Part shown: positions 31,505 through 39,886 of the stretch, one piece after another | Layout of the letters: each line of letters starts with the position of its first letter | How positions within the stretch are numbered: position 1 is the stretch's first letter | Assembly (NCBI GenBank): GCA_018062705.1 | Contig: JAGORQ010000005.1 | Span: 1-50,275, forward strand | Direction: 5' to 3' | DNA length: 50,275 bases | Source: Candidatus Shapirobacteria bacterium | GTDB taxonomy: Bacteria; Patescibacteriota; Microgenomatia; UBA12405 | Notes under the pieces: generated by a model | What the model was told of the DNA's origin: nothing | Databases searched by the model: none | What the model saw: only the letters and a program-made list of their open reading frames with translations | Made by a program: the position numbers and the translations under genes

Positions 31505-32848
31505 ATGTCATCAAAAAAATCTTCACTCACCAAAACCTTACTGCTTTTATTAATCTTCCCGTTGTTAGTTTTCGCCGTCAAAACAGTTCTCGATCTTCGC
31601 AAAGGTGCTTCGGGCACTCTAGCCAATATAGTTATCGACGCCTCATCACCCCAAGGGAATATTCCTAAATTATGGCAAAATCTATCCCAAGGTGGCGAAG
31701 AACCCACCGACATGATTGGACCTGTGGCAAAGTTATTAAAACCACTATCGCCTCAACTAATTCGCATTGACCATCTGTTTGATTATTACCAGGTTGACCA
31801 GGGCAACAGTAATTACGATTTTTCTCGGCTCGACACTGCCGTCAACAGCATTTTAGCCACCGGCGCCAAACCGCTCCTGTCTATTTCCTATACACCTGAT
31901 TCCAAAGCACCAGCCGATTGGAACCAGTGGTCACAACTAGTCAAGGCTACAGCTCGACATTATTCAATCGATAAAAATATTTCTGGCATCTATTACGAGG
32001 TCTGGAACGAGCCAGATCTATTTGGTGGTTGGCACTACAACAAAGACCCAAACTACTCCACCCTCTATATTAAAACTTCAAAAGCCGTCAGTGAAGGTGC
32101 TGGTAACAGTGTCTTCAAAGTTGGCGGACCAGCTATTACTGCCTACTATCCTAACTGGATAAAAAGTTTGTTCAAAACAGCCAAAAATTCAGGTGTCCGA
32201 CTGGATTTTATTTCCTGGCATAAATACTCAAAAAACCTTGAAAATTATGATGCCGACTTCAATAGTCTCAATTCAATCCTCGCCGATTACCCCGAGTATT
32301 TTAATGTCGAGCGACTTATTACCGAAGTCGGTCCTAACCCCGAACCTGACGTTTGGTACGACAATTCAGTTTCTGGTGTTCACCTAATTTCACTCTCCAC
32401 TCGTCTTGCTGGCAAAATTCATCGTCTATTTACTTTTGAGCCGGTTGATGGGCCTACTGCTCGCGCCTCATCTTCTACCGGTTGGGGCATAATTACCCAT
32501 GAAGGTAAGCCAAAACCACGATATTACGCCCTCGAATTTCTCAACAAACTTCAAGGACTCCAACTACCGATTGATGGAAATGGTTCTTGGGTCACTTCTC
32601 TTGCCACCAAGAATGGTAAGAACATCCAAATTTTATTATCAAACTACGACCAAAACTCCACTCATGCCGAAACTATCCCTTTAACTGTCAACCACCTGAC
32701 TCCAGGAAAATATATTCTCAAAAATACTCCCTATTTAGGAAAAACCACTCAAAAAGTAATTACTGTCGATCAAACTTCTATTTACAAAGACAATATTTTC
32801 TTAGACATCAACACTGCCACCCTCCTCGAAATCACGCCAACTAATTAG
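31505..32848 (+). CDS. secreted clan GH-A glycoside hydrolase (GH39-like)
   Basis: N-terminal anchor. IRIDHLFDYY..., the catalytic-type block YYEVWNEPDL, and ISWHKYS. Confidence 0.7.
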   Translation: MSSKKSSLTKTLLLLLIFPLLVFAVKTVLDLRKGASGTLANIVIDASSPQGNIPKLWQNLSQGGEEPTDMIGPVAKLLKPLSPQLIRIDHLFDYYQVDQGNSNYDFSRLDTAVNSILATGAKPLLSISYTPDSKAPADWNQWSQLVKATARHYSIDKNISGIYYEVWNEPDLFGGWHYNKDPNYSTLYIKTSKAVSEGAGNSVFKVGGPAITAYYPNWIKSLFKTAKNSGVRLDFISWHKYSKNLENYDADFNSLNSILADYPEYFNVERLITEVGPNPEPDVWYDNSVSGVHLISLSTRLAGKIHRLFTFEPVDGPTARASSSTGWGIITHEGKPKPRYYALEFLNKLQGLQLPIDGNGSWVTSLATKNGKNIQILLSNYDQNSTHAETIPLTVNHLTPGKYILKNTPYLGKTTQKVITVDQTSIYKDNIFLDINTATLLEITPTN

Positions 32849-32869
32849 TTTTTTTAGAATTTAGAGTTT

Positions 32870-32891
32870 CCCTACCTGCCGGCAGGCAGGG
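32870..32891. terminator. bidirectional hairpin between convergent genes
   Basis: CCCTACCTGCC/GGCAGGCAGGG is an 11-bp stem with 1 mismatch, flanked by T-rich word repeats on both sides. Confidence 0.6.
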
Positions 32892-32901
32892 AATTTGGGA
32901 T

Positions 32902-33957
32902 TTATTTGAATAGTCTCCACACATCCCCTACCGTTATCAGCAATATCAACCCTAATAACACCAACATCCCCACTGTATTAACTGTATTTTCAAACCTCTC
33001 GTTGGCTCTTTTACGAGTAATCATTTCATAAATCACAAATATAATTCGCCCACCATCCAGAGCTGGAAAAGGCAATACATTCACCACTGCCAAGTTTACC
33101 GACACAATTCCAAAAAAATGAACCATCGCCAATATCCCTTGATTTTTCTTAATACTACTGGTTGCTTCATACATTCCAATTGGCCCCGACACATCCTTTG
33201 GTAAATGTCCTGTTACCACACCGCCAATCATTTTAAACACTCCATCAGCAATAATTTTACCCCAAAAATAGGCTTCTTTAAATCCTGCTCCAATCCCTTT
33301 ATAAAACTCATACCACTTAATTTTCTCCATCTCGGTATTCGAGATAGTAATTCCCATGCTCCCCTCACCCTTGGGTGGATTTTCTCTCACTTCAATCGGT
33401 AAAGACAGCTTCAAATCCCCTCTCACAATTTCCAGCTCCACACTTTTTCCTTTATATTTTGATACTTCAGCAGTTAATTCATCCGGTTTTTTAACTACGA
33501 TTCCATTTACTTTTGACACCCAGTCTCCTTCTTTAATCTCCTGTACAAAAGCCGGACTGTCCTTAGCTACTGCCAGCACTTTAACCTGCTCTGTCGTCCG
33601 AGGAACTCCCAATATGGTGTAGACCACCGCAAATATCGCCACTGCCAACACCATGTTCATCAATACCCCCCCCAACACTACTAGCGCCTTTTGTGCCGGA
33701 TTCTTATACATAAACGAAGTTTTACTTTTGACCGCCTCATCACTAGGGTTCTCGCCCTCCAATTTACAAAATCCACCAATCGGCAACCAATTTAAACTCC
33801 AGATAGTCCCCCACTTTTTCCTCCCAATTATTTTTGGTGGCAACCCCAAACCAAACTCTTCCACCTTCACCCCCACCGCCTTGGCCGCAAAAAAATGTCC
33901 AAACTCATGAACCAGTACTAAAACCGACAAGGCAATTACAAAAATAATTATATCCAT
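32902..33957 (-). CDS. rseP: RIP site-2 metalloprotease (M50)
   Basis: HEFGHFFAAK (HExxH), a PDZ segment, and NVLPFPALDGG. Confidence 0.93.
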   Translation of the reverse strand: MDIIIFVIALSVLVLVHEFGHFFAAKAVGVKVEEFGLGLPPKIIGRKKWGTIWSLNWLPIGGFCKLEGENPSDEAVKSKTSFMYKNPAQKALVVLGGVLMNMVLAVAIFAVVYTILGVPRTTEQVKVLAVAKDSPAFVQEIKEGDWVSKVNGIVVKKPDELTAEVSKYKGKSVELEIVRGDLKLSLPIEVRENPPKGEGSMGITISNTEMEKIKWYEFYKGIGAGFKEAYFWGKIIADGVFKMIGGVVTGHLPKDVSGPIGMYEATSSIKKNQGILAMVHFFGIVSVNLAVVNVLPFPALDGGRIIFVIYEMITRKRANERFENTVNTVGMLVLLGLILLITVGDVWRLFK

Positions 33958-33977
33958 GTTCCCATTTTACCAGACGA

Positions 33978-34526
33978 CTATCCCCGAATCTCCACTTCTT
34001 TCTTCTTACTTATCTCTTCTAGCCTTCCTGTAAACTGATCAGTAATTTTTTGAAGCTCAGTTTCATCACGTTTAAATTCATCTTCCGACACCGTCTTGGC
34101 ATTTTTGCCATCCATTAGTTTTTTCCTAAAGTCAGCCCTGGCATCGCGAATCATCCCTCGAGCCCCTTCCAGTTTTCTGCCCAACAATTTAACATAATCC
34201 TCTCTCTGTTCTTGTGTCAACATCGGTAGCGCCATTCGAATCAACTGACCATCAACTACTGGATTCATCCCAATATTTGCCGCCTGAATACCATTACAAA
34301 TCTCTTTTAACAAAGCCTGGTCCCAGGGCTGAAACGTCAAACTTCGGACATCTGGCACCGAAATACTTCCCAGCTCTATCAACTTCATCTTCTGCCCGTA
34401 CGATGTCACCATCACATTCTCAATTAATCCTGGTGTAGCCCGACCGGTGCGAATTGAACCGATATCATTTAAAAACAAATCCACAATTTTCCCCATTCGG
34501 GTAGTTACATCAGAGAATACAATCAT
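33978..34526 (-). CDS. frr: ribosome recycling factor
   Basis: 182 aa. IRTGRATPGLIENVMV..YG....L..LGSISVPD.R.L...PWD. Located downstream of tsf. Confidence 0.93.
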   Translation of the reverse strand: MIVFSDVTTRMGKIVDLFLNDIGSIRTGRATPGLIENVMVTSYGQKMKLIELGSISVPDVRSLTFQPWDQALLKEICNGIQAANIGMNPVVDGQLIRMALPMLTQEQREDYVKLLGRKLEGARGMIRDARADFRKKLMDGKNAKTVSEDEFKRDETELQKITDQFTGRLEEISKKKEVEIRG

Positions 34527-34569
34527 AAATATATTATTTAGGTAATAACTTATTCAATATAACACTTTC

Positions 34570-34615
34570 CCCCTCCTTTCATCAAAGGAGGGGTCAAGGG
34601 GTAGATTTATATCTC
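34570..34615 (-). repeat. GC-rich palindromic element on the tsf stop codon
   Basis: The minus strand reads GAGATATAAATCTA CCCCTTGA CCCCTCCTTT-GATG-AAAGGAGGGG, a perfect 10-bp stem with no U-tract after it. Confidence 0.8.
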
Positions 34616-35068
34616 AAACCTACTTATTCTCCCCAACTTCACATTCTCGCCAAATTTAGCCGTCAATCCAGTTATCTTATCTTTCATTTTAATCGACGGA
34701 TCTTTGATAAATTCCTGCTCTAGTAATACTTCTGGAGTTTCCGGATTCATTGCCGCCACTTGCAAGCAAAGATCGCGGGTCACCGCCACAAAATCTTCAT
34801 TTTTGGCCACAAAATCAGTTTCACAGAGTAGCTCCACCATTACACCAATCTTGCCAGTGGTGTGGGTATAAGTTGCTACCAGACCTTGATGGGTTTCTTT
34901 TTCAGCTCTCTTTTCCGCTTTTTTAAAACCCTGTTCTTTCAATATCTCTTTGGCTTTTTTCTCATCCCCTTCCGCTTGCTCTAGCGCCGCCTTAATTTCC
35001 ATTATCCCCAAACCAGTTTCGGTTCTAATTTTTTTTACTAATTCGATTAGTTTTTTTTGATCAATCAT
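34607..35068 (-). CDS. tsf: elongation factor Ts (short form)
   Basis: The N-terminal UBA-like block is LVKKIRTETGLGIMEIKAALEQAEGD.KKA.E.L. Located after rpsB. Confidence 0.9.
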   Translation of the reverse strand: MIDQKKLIELVKKIRTETGLGIMEIKAALEQAEGDEKKAKEILKEQGFKKAEKRAEKETHQGLVATYTHTTGKIGVMVELLCETDFVAKNEDFVAVTRDLCLQVAAMNPETPEVLLEQEFIKDPSIKMKDKITGLTAKFGENVKLGRISRFEI

Positions 35069-35080
35069 ATTTGTTTTATT

Positions 35081-35110
35081 CTTAAATCGTAAATCTTATT
35101 TCTTAAATCT
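35081..35110. repeat. heptamer word array (cttaaat cgtaaat cttattt cttaaat)
   Basis: Abuts the rpsB stop (35111-35113). Related words occur in-frame at 49734-49762 and 49881-49911. Confidence 0.8.
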
Positions 35111-36013
35111 TTACTTAACTCCAGCCGCTTTAATCGCCTTCCCAATTTCTTCAACAATTAAGCTCACTGACTTCACATTGTCGTCATTGGCCGGAACGGC
35201 AAAATCTACTTTTCGTGGATCAGAATCAGTATCTGCAATTGCCACAATTTTGATTTTTCGCAACTTAGCCTCGCGTACCGCAGTTTTTTCAAAGCCTGGA
35301 TCAACCACAAAAATAATATCAAACATTTTATCCAAAGTAACCAAGCCTCCAATGATTTTTTCCAAACGGATTACTTCTTTGTTCATTTCCAAAATCTCTT
35401 TTTTGGTACTTTCAGTATATTTCCCTTTAGCCAAACCATCTTTCATCTCAATCAACTTGCGGATGTCTTTGCGAATTTGCTCCCAGTTGGTAATTGTGCC
35501 ACCTAACCACCTATCAGTCACATAAGCCACACCAGCCTCCATCGCTACTCGGCGAACCACTTCACGTGCTTGTCTCTTGGTACCTACCAACACAATCTTT
35601 TTACCATTTCTTTGAGCGTTGTACACAAAATTACAAGCTTTTTCCAAAGCTTTCAGGGTTTTGGTTAAATCAACTATTTGGATACCATCCTTGGCTACAT
35701 AAATATTTTCTTTAGCTTTTGGATGAGTTTTGGACACTTTGTGTCCCAAATGACATCCCGCTTCAAGTAAATCTTTTAATCCAATAGTTAATTCATATTT
35801 CTTATCTTCCTTTAATTTCTCTACTTCTGTCTTTTCGACTTCTTTAGAGTTTAGAGTTTGGAGTTTTGCCTTTTTCTCTGCTTCCAGCTTCTCGTTCTGT
35901 CTTTTAATATTTTCAGTCGTAATCGTGCTCTGCCCTTTAGCTTTGACCACTAATGCTTTTTTAACCAAACTTTTACCGGTTCGGTTGACGGTTTTTGTTT
36001 TGACTACTGCCAT
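35111..36013 (-). CDS. rpsB: 30S ribosomal protein S2 with a ~75-aa Lys-rich N-terminal extension
   Basis: The core starts at LKDLLEAGCHLGHKVSKTHPK. The preceding 75 residues have no internal start codon. Confidence 0.9.
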   Translation of the reverse strand: MAVVKTKTVNRTGKSLVKKALVVKAKGQSTITTENIKRQNEKLEAEKKAKLQTLNSKEVEKTEVEKLKEDKKYELTIGLKDLLEAGCHLGHKVSKTHPKAKENIYVAKDGIQIVDLTKTLKALEKACNFVYNAQRNGKKIVLVGTKRQAREVVRRVAMEAGVAYVTDRWLGGTITNWEQIRKDIRKLIEMKDGLAKGKYTESTKKEILEMNKEVIRLEKIIGGLVTLDKMFDIIFVVDPGFEKTAVREAKLRKIKIVAIADTDSDPRKVDFAVPANDDNVKSVSLIVEEIGKAIKAAGVK

Positions 36014-36097
36014 ATTATTGCTTCCTTTTTATAATTAACGTCTAGGTTTTCACCAGGATAGCTAAGAACGTTAATAAAAATAAATTTTAATCTAGGG

Positions 36098-36106
36098 ATT
36101 ATAGCA
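36098..36106 (-). promoter_or_regulatory. extended -10 promoter (TGcTATAAT) for rpsB-tsf
   Basis: It overlaps the stop codon of the upstream ATPase gene. An imperfect hairpin (36035-36074) lies in the ~85-nt leader, and AAGGAAG sits before the ATG. Confidence 0.4.
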
Positions 36107-37280
36107 CAAAAGTTGTATAGGGCACATACTTTACACCGTCAGTAGTAATAATTTGATTTTCAATTAGTGACACTACAGTTTTATCAACTACTTTAGCAAA
36201 TTTTCCCGAAAAATAGTTTAATCCTTGATGATTTAGTAAATTTACATTTGCCGACAATTTTATTTCTAGTAAGTGTAAGCCATTATCCTCTACCACCAAA
36301 TCAACTTCATGACCCTCTTTGTCCCTTAAGTAGTAAAGTGGCGGGTCAACTCCCTTTGATATGTATTTCTTAATGACTTCCCCCACTACATAAGTTTCAA
36401 ACATCGCCCCAGACATGGAGCCTGACAATAAGCTTTCTACATTGTTCCATTTAGTTAAATACGATGCTAAACCAGTGTCCAAAAAATATAATTTCGGCGC
36501 CTTAATAATTCGCTTAGTTATGTTTGGATAAAATGGTTTCAATAAATATATCTGCATTGTATTTTCCAAAATATTTAACCATTCAGTTGCCGTCACTGGT
36601 GATATTCCGCAGTCACGAGCCAAGTCGGATATGTTTAAAACCTGGCCTGTCCTCGCCGCACATACTTGAATAAACCTATTAAATTCGGTTGTTTTATTTA
36701 TTCCAAAAATTCCAGACAAATCTCTATCCAAATATGTCTGGATGTAAGAGTTAAAATAAACTTCTCTATCCGGAGCATTTCTAGATTGAAACACCGGAAA
36801 GCCTCCCACAAAGATATCTTTAAACAATCGCCTTATTTTTGGCTTATCAATATTTTTTTTACTTTCTTTTTTTTCATTTTGGGATAAACCCAGAATATTT
36901 AAAATCGCCACCCTACCAGCCAAAGATTCTTGAATATTTTTTATCAAACTAAATTGTTGGGATCCTGTCAACCAAAACCTTCCACTCAAGTCGCTTTCAT
37001 CAACTATCTTTTTTATTTGCGGAAACAACTTTGGCGCATACTGAACCTCATCAATTATTGTCGGCGCTTTATATTGTTGCAAAAATAATTTTGGGTCACT
37101 ATTTGCCAGCTCACGTAAATCCAAATCATCCAAAGTGACATAATCCATCCGCATTTTTTCGGATAATCTTTTCAATGTAGTCGTCTTTCCAACCTGTCTT
37201 GGCCCACCCAAAAAAACAATTTTAAAAGTCTTGCTTGACCTCTTAATGATTTTTTCTATCTTTCTAGTTAGATATCTCAT
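36099..37280 (-). CDS. AAA+ ATPase with DUF4143-type C-terminal domain
   Basis: Walker A GGPRQVGKTT, Walker B IIDEVQY. The C-terminal half resembles the ATPase at 38457-39593. Confidence 0.8.
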   Translation of the reverse strand: MRYLTRKIEKIIKRSSKTFKIVFLGGPRQVGKTTTLKRLSEKMRMDYVTLDDLDLRELANSDPKLFLQQYKAPTIIDEVQYAPKLFPQIKKIVDESDLSGRFWLTGSQQFSLIKNIQESLAGRVAILNILGLSQNEKKESKKNIDKPKIRRLFKDIFVGGFPVFQSRNAPDREVYFNSYIQTYLDRDLSGIFGINKTTEFNRFIQVCAARTGQVLNISDLARDCGISPVTATEWLNILENTMQIYLLKPFYPNITKRIIKAPKLYFLDTGLASYLTKWNNVESLLSGSMSGAMFETYVVGEVIKKYISKGVDPPLYYLRDKEGHEVDLVVEDNGLHLLEIKLSANVNLLNHQGLNYFSGKFAKVVDKTVVSLIENQIITTDGVKYVPYTTFVL

Positions 37281-37288
37281 ACCTGACT

Positions 37289-37317
37289 ATTTTAAACTTA
37301 TACTTTAAATTAGTCAA
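37289..37317 (-). promoter_or_regulatory. sigma70-type promoter TTGACT-17-TAAAAT, 8 nt from the ATG
   Basis: The -35 box is at 37312-37317 and the -10 box at 37289-37294. The ATG is at 37280, so the mRNA would be leaderless or nearly so. Confidence 0.6.
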
Positions 37318-37330
37318 CTATCAACTCCAC

Positions 37331-37354
37331 AAAAATGCCCGCCGAGGCGGGCAT
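37331..37354 (-). terminator. intrinsic terminator
   Basis: The minus strand reads ATGCCCGCC-TCG-GCGGGCAT followed by TTTT. Confidence 0.75.
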
Positions 37355-37374
37355 TTGTAGATAGATGTAAAGTT

Positions 37375-37390
37375 AGTCAAAAAAGAGTTG
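37375..37390. repeat. 16-bp inverted repeat, left arm (AGTCAAAAAAGAGTTG)
   Basis: Perfect reverse complement of 38079-38094. Confidence 0.95.
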
Positions 37391-37465
37391 TGTGTGGAAA
37401 AAGTGGGGGTTGGTTGGTTTGTGGTTGTCGGAGAGAGGCAAGGGCCCTCTCTCCTACCACCACCG

Positions 37466-37957
37466 CTATTGCGATTTTTTGACTTCATTCCTTACTCGCT
37501 GGAACATTGCCGTTACATCCGGATGCATGCCATCACTTGTAAGTGGTAACCCTGATTCTTTCATTATTTGTCTCAAGAGCATCTGCTTGTAGTAATCTCC
37601 ATTCCAACGCTTCTTGGCAAGCATCATCCCTAAATGCAGGACAATGGCCACAGACAGAACCGAAATGGAAATAAGACAAAAAGCAGACACCGTCTCCATA
37701 AATAAAATAAGAACCATTGTTCCAAACAGTGTAAGGAACTCCAGTAAAAGTACCTGGTTGCTCTCGTCTCGAAAGACAAGAACTGATACCATCGCGAATA
37801 TCAAAGCAAGTGAAGCTACTGGAATAGCAATTTTAATCCAGTCAGGTTCAACAGCTAAGATAATAATTAACGCAATGGTCGAAAAGGACACGAATGCCCA
37901 ATCCTTTATTTCTTCTTTTGTCATCTTACCAGTCTGCCGATCAAGCCAGTCACTCAT
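37466..37957 (-). CDS. small polytopic membrane protein (163 aa), unknown function
   Basis: A strong SD (AAGGAG) lies 8 nt before the ATG. About 4 TM segments and a basic C-terminal tail. A hairpin (37431-37455) follows the stop. Confidence 0.7.
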   Translation of the reverse strand: MSDWLDRQTGKMTKEEIKDWAFVSFSTIALIIILAVEPDWIKIAIPVASLALIFAMVSVLVFRDESNQVLLLEFLTLFGTMVLILFMETVSAFCLISISVLSVAIVLHLGMMLAKKRWNGDYYKQMLLRQIMKESGLPLTSDGMHPDVTAMFQRVRNEVKKSQ

Positions 37958-38078
37958 TTCCTCTTCTCCTTTTTATTACATCCACATTTTGTGGGTGTAA
38001 GTATTGACTTTCATTTTTCCAATACGATTAGTACCAATCAACTCCGAAAAAATTTCGGAACTAATCGGTACTAACCGC

Positions 38079-38094
38079 CAACTCTTTTTTGACT
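38079..38094. repeat. 16-bp inverted repeat, right arm (CAACTCTTTTTTGACT)
   Basis: Perfect reverse complement of 37375-37390. A 47-nt imperfect palindrome (38028-38074) lies beside it. Confidence 0.95.
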
Positions 38095-38160
38095 GTTAAA
38101 GAACAGTCCTCAAACCATGCCTTAATCCGCATTGGATATGTATAGTTTGAAAACAGTCTA

Positions 38161-38189
38161 ATCTTAGCAAATATCCTATATTATGTCAA
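38161..38189 (-). promoter_or_regulatory. sigma70-type promoter TTGACA-17-TAAGAT reading into the IR-flanked cassette
   Basis: The -35 box is at 38184-38189 and the -10 box at 38161-38166. It lies outside the right inverted repeat. Confidence 0.55.
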
Positions 38190-38209
38190 GTTATAGGACG
38201 TAAATCACC

Positions 38210-38452
38210 TCACTGATCTCGCACCACCCTATCCCCCACATCCTGAAGATGGTGTAATTGTGAATCTCTTACCACAGGTACAACATTCAATTCCAAATCG
38301 GCAAAGTATCTAGCACACATCGAACACAAATCTACCCGTACATCTATCTTTTCCTGATTTATTCCTAACCCAGCTATATGGTACCTCTTGAGTTCACCAT
38401 GATGCTCATGTCTTTCTTTAACTTCTGCTGACGAAACTGGTCTAGTCGGCAT
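38210..38452 (-). CDS. hypothetical 80-aa protein
   Basis: The only long ORF here. It starts 4 nt after the ATPase stop, has no obvious SD, and is visibly G+C-richer than the ATPase gene. Confidence 0.35.
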   Translation of the reverse strand: MPTRPVSSAEVKERHEHHGELKRYHIAGLGINQEKIDVRVDLCSMCARYFADLELNVVPVVRDSQLHHLQDVGDRVVRDQ

Positions 38453-38456
38453 ATTT

Positions 38457-39593
38457 TTATTTTAAAAAATCTCCATAATTTTCCTTATTCACCGTTTCAA
38501 ATTTTGCACTCGGGTATCCATCGATCCACGATTTTGGCCCCGAAACAACTTTCTTACCCCATTTAAACTCAAAACCAGTCAATTGACCTGACTCTTCTTC
38601 CACCAAATCTATCTCCGCCCCACTATTCAATCTCCAGTAATACTGGCTAAATAGTTTGTGCTGATAGGTTTGTTTTTTAATTCTCTCAACAATTAAAAAA
38701 TTCTCCCACAATTGGCCAACATCATTCCGACTGTTTAATAAACTCAAATTACCAATAATTGTATTTCTAATTCCCAAGTCGTAAAAATATATTTTATCCA
38801 TCTTCGACACTTCTTTTCGCAAGTTACGACTAAATCCACCCAATCTAAATATTACAAAAGATTTTTCCAATAAATCAATATATTTACTTACTGTATCTCT
38901 ACTCAAACTCAAACTAGTCGCCAATTCGTTTACAGACACCTGCTGGCCAATTTGAAAAGCTAACAACTTTAGCAAATCTCTTATTTTAGACGAGTTTTTG
39001 ATTCCATCATATTCTAATAGATCTCGATACAAATAATTATCCGTAATATTGGCCAAATATTCTTGTTTATTTATTATTCCAGCAAGTGAAAAAACTTCCG
39101 GATATGAACCAACCACCAATCTTTCTTCCAAATTTTCCGACATTTCAAATAAGGTGAAGGTTTTTCCTAATTCTAACTGAGAAATTGGATAAAGTTTGTA
39201 ATTGTACACTCTACCTGTCAAAGGTTCACTTATTTTACTCGACAAATCCAAAGAGGATGACCCAGTTACTAACACTTTCATGCCTGGCATTTCGTCTAAA
39301 ATTATTTTCAGAATTGTTCCGATTTCGGGTATTTTCTGTGCCTCGTCCACAAACAATGCCTCATACCCAGACAACAATAGTTTAATTTTCGTCAGTTCTC
39401 TGCTTTGAAGTATTTCCCACCAGTCGCCTCGCCGATCCCCATTTAATACCAAGGTTTTCCATTTTTTTATGGCCAAAATGTCGCTAACCAAGGTGGTTTT
39501 ACCTGCCTGTCTTGGCCCTAAAATCACCACTCCTTTACCACTCTTTTCAAAATGATTCAAAATATCTACTTCCAAGCTCCTTTTTATCTTCAT
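38457..39593 (-). CDS. AAA+ ATPase with DUF4143-type C-terminal domain
   Basis: Walker A GPRQAGKTTL, Walker B LFVDEAQ. I place the start at M38 of the track ORF (ATG 39593) because a consensus promoter occupies the upstream 37 codons. Confidence 0.8.
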   Translation of the reverse strand: MKIKRSLEVDILNHFEKSGKGVVILGPRQAGKTTLVSDILAIKKWKTLVLNGDRRGDWWEILQSRELTKIKLLLSGYEALFVDEAQKIPEIGTILKIILDEMPGMKVLVTGSSSLDLSSKISEPLTGRVYNYKLYPISQLELGKTFTLFEMSENLEERLVVGSYPEVFSLAGIINKQEYLANITDNYLYRDLLEYDGIKNSSKIRDLLKLLAFQIGQQVSVNELATSLSLSRDTVSKYIDLLEKSFVIFRLGGFSRNLRKEVSKMDKIYFYDLGIRNTIIGNLSLLNSRNDVGQLWENFLIVERIKKQTYQHKLFSQYYWRLNSGAEIDLVEEESGQLTGFEFKWGKKVVSGPKSWIDGYPSAKFETVNKENYGDFLK

Positions 39594-39599
39594 AAGCAC

Positions 39600-39652
39600 A
39601 ATATACTCTATTTGTGCCAATTTGTCAACACAAATCGCTCTATTTGTGCCAA
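39600..39652 (-). promoter_or_regulatory. consensus promoter TTGACA-17-TATATT with operator-like repeats
   Basis: The -10 box is at 39600-39605 and the -35 box at 39623-39628. The ATG lies 6 nt after the -10 box. A 15-nt direct repeat TTGGCACAAATAGAG occurs at 39606-39620 and 39638-39652. An inverted repeat CACAAAT-n6-ATTTGTG is also present. Confidence 0.65.
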
Positions 39653-39886
39653 CTAAGTTAGTTTTAACCAAAAAAAACTTGCAACTTTTAGGTCGAATTT
39701 TCAATCCGCCGATTGGCGGAGACGAAAATTTGCCTAAAATCGCAATCCAGCGAGCATTTTTAAGTTAGCGAGCTGGACAATTCAAATGAATAATTCGTAA
39801 TTTTGTGTAAATCTGCAATGTTTGGATGTTTCCGCTCAACGCGGACCGAGGGGAAAGAAAAAGTTTTGGTTGGGTTTACTGTATAT

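Noticed and set aside
34527-34606. A missing pyrH between tsf and frr, as a sign of deletion or mis-assembly
   Set aside because: The 80-nt spacer holds only the GC-rich element and no gene remnant. Absence of nucleotide-metabolism genes is expected in reduced genomes, so this is noted but not treated as an anomaly.
39594-39704. The N-terminal 37 codons of track ORF 38457-39704
   Set aside because: This stretch contains a consensus TTGACA-17-TATATT promoter and direct repeats. ATPase homology starts at the internal Met (39593).
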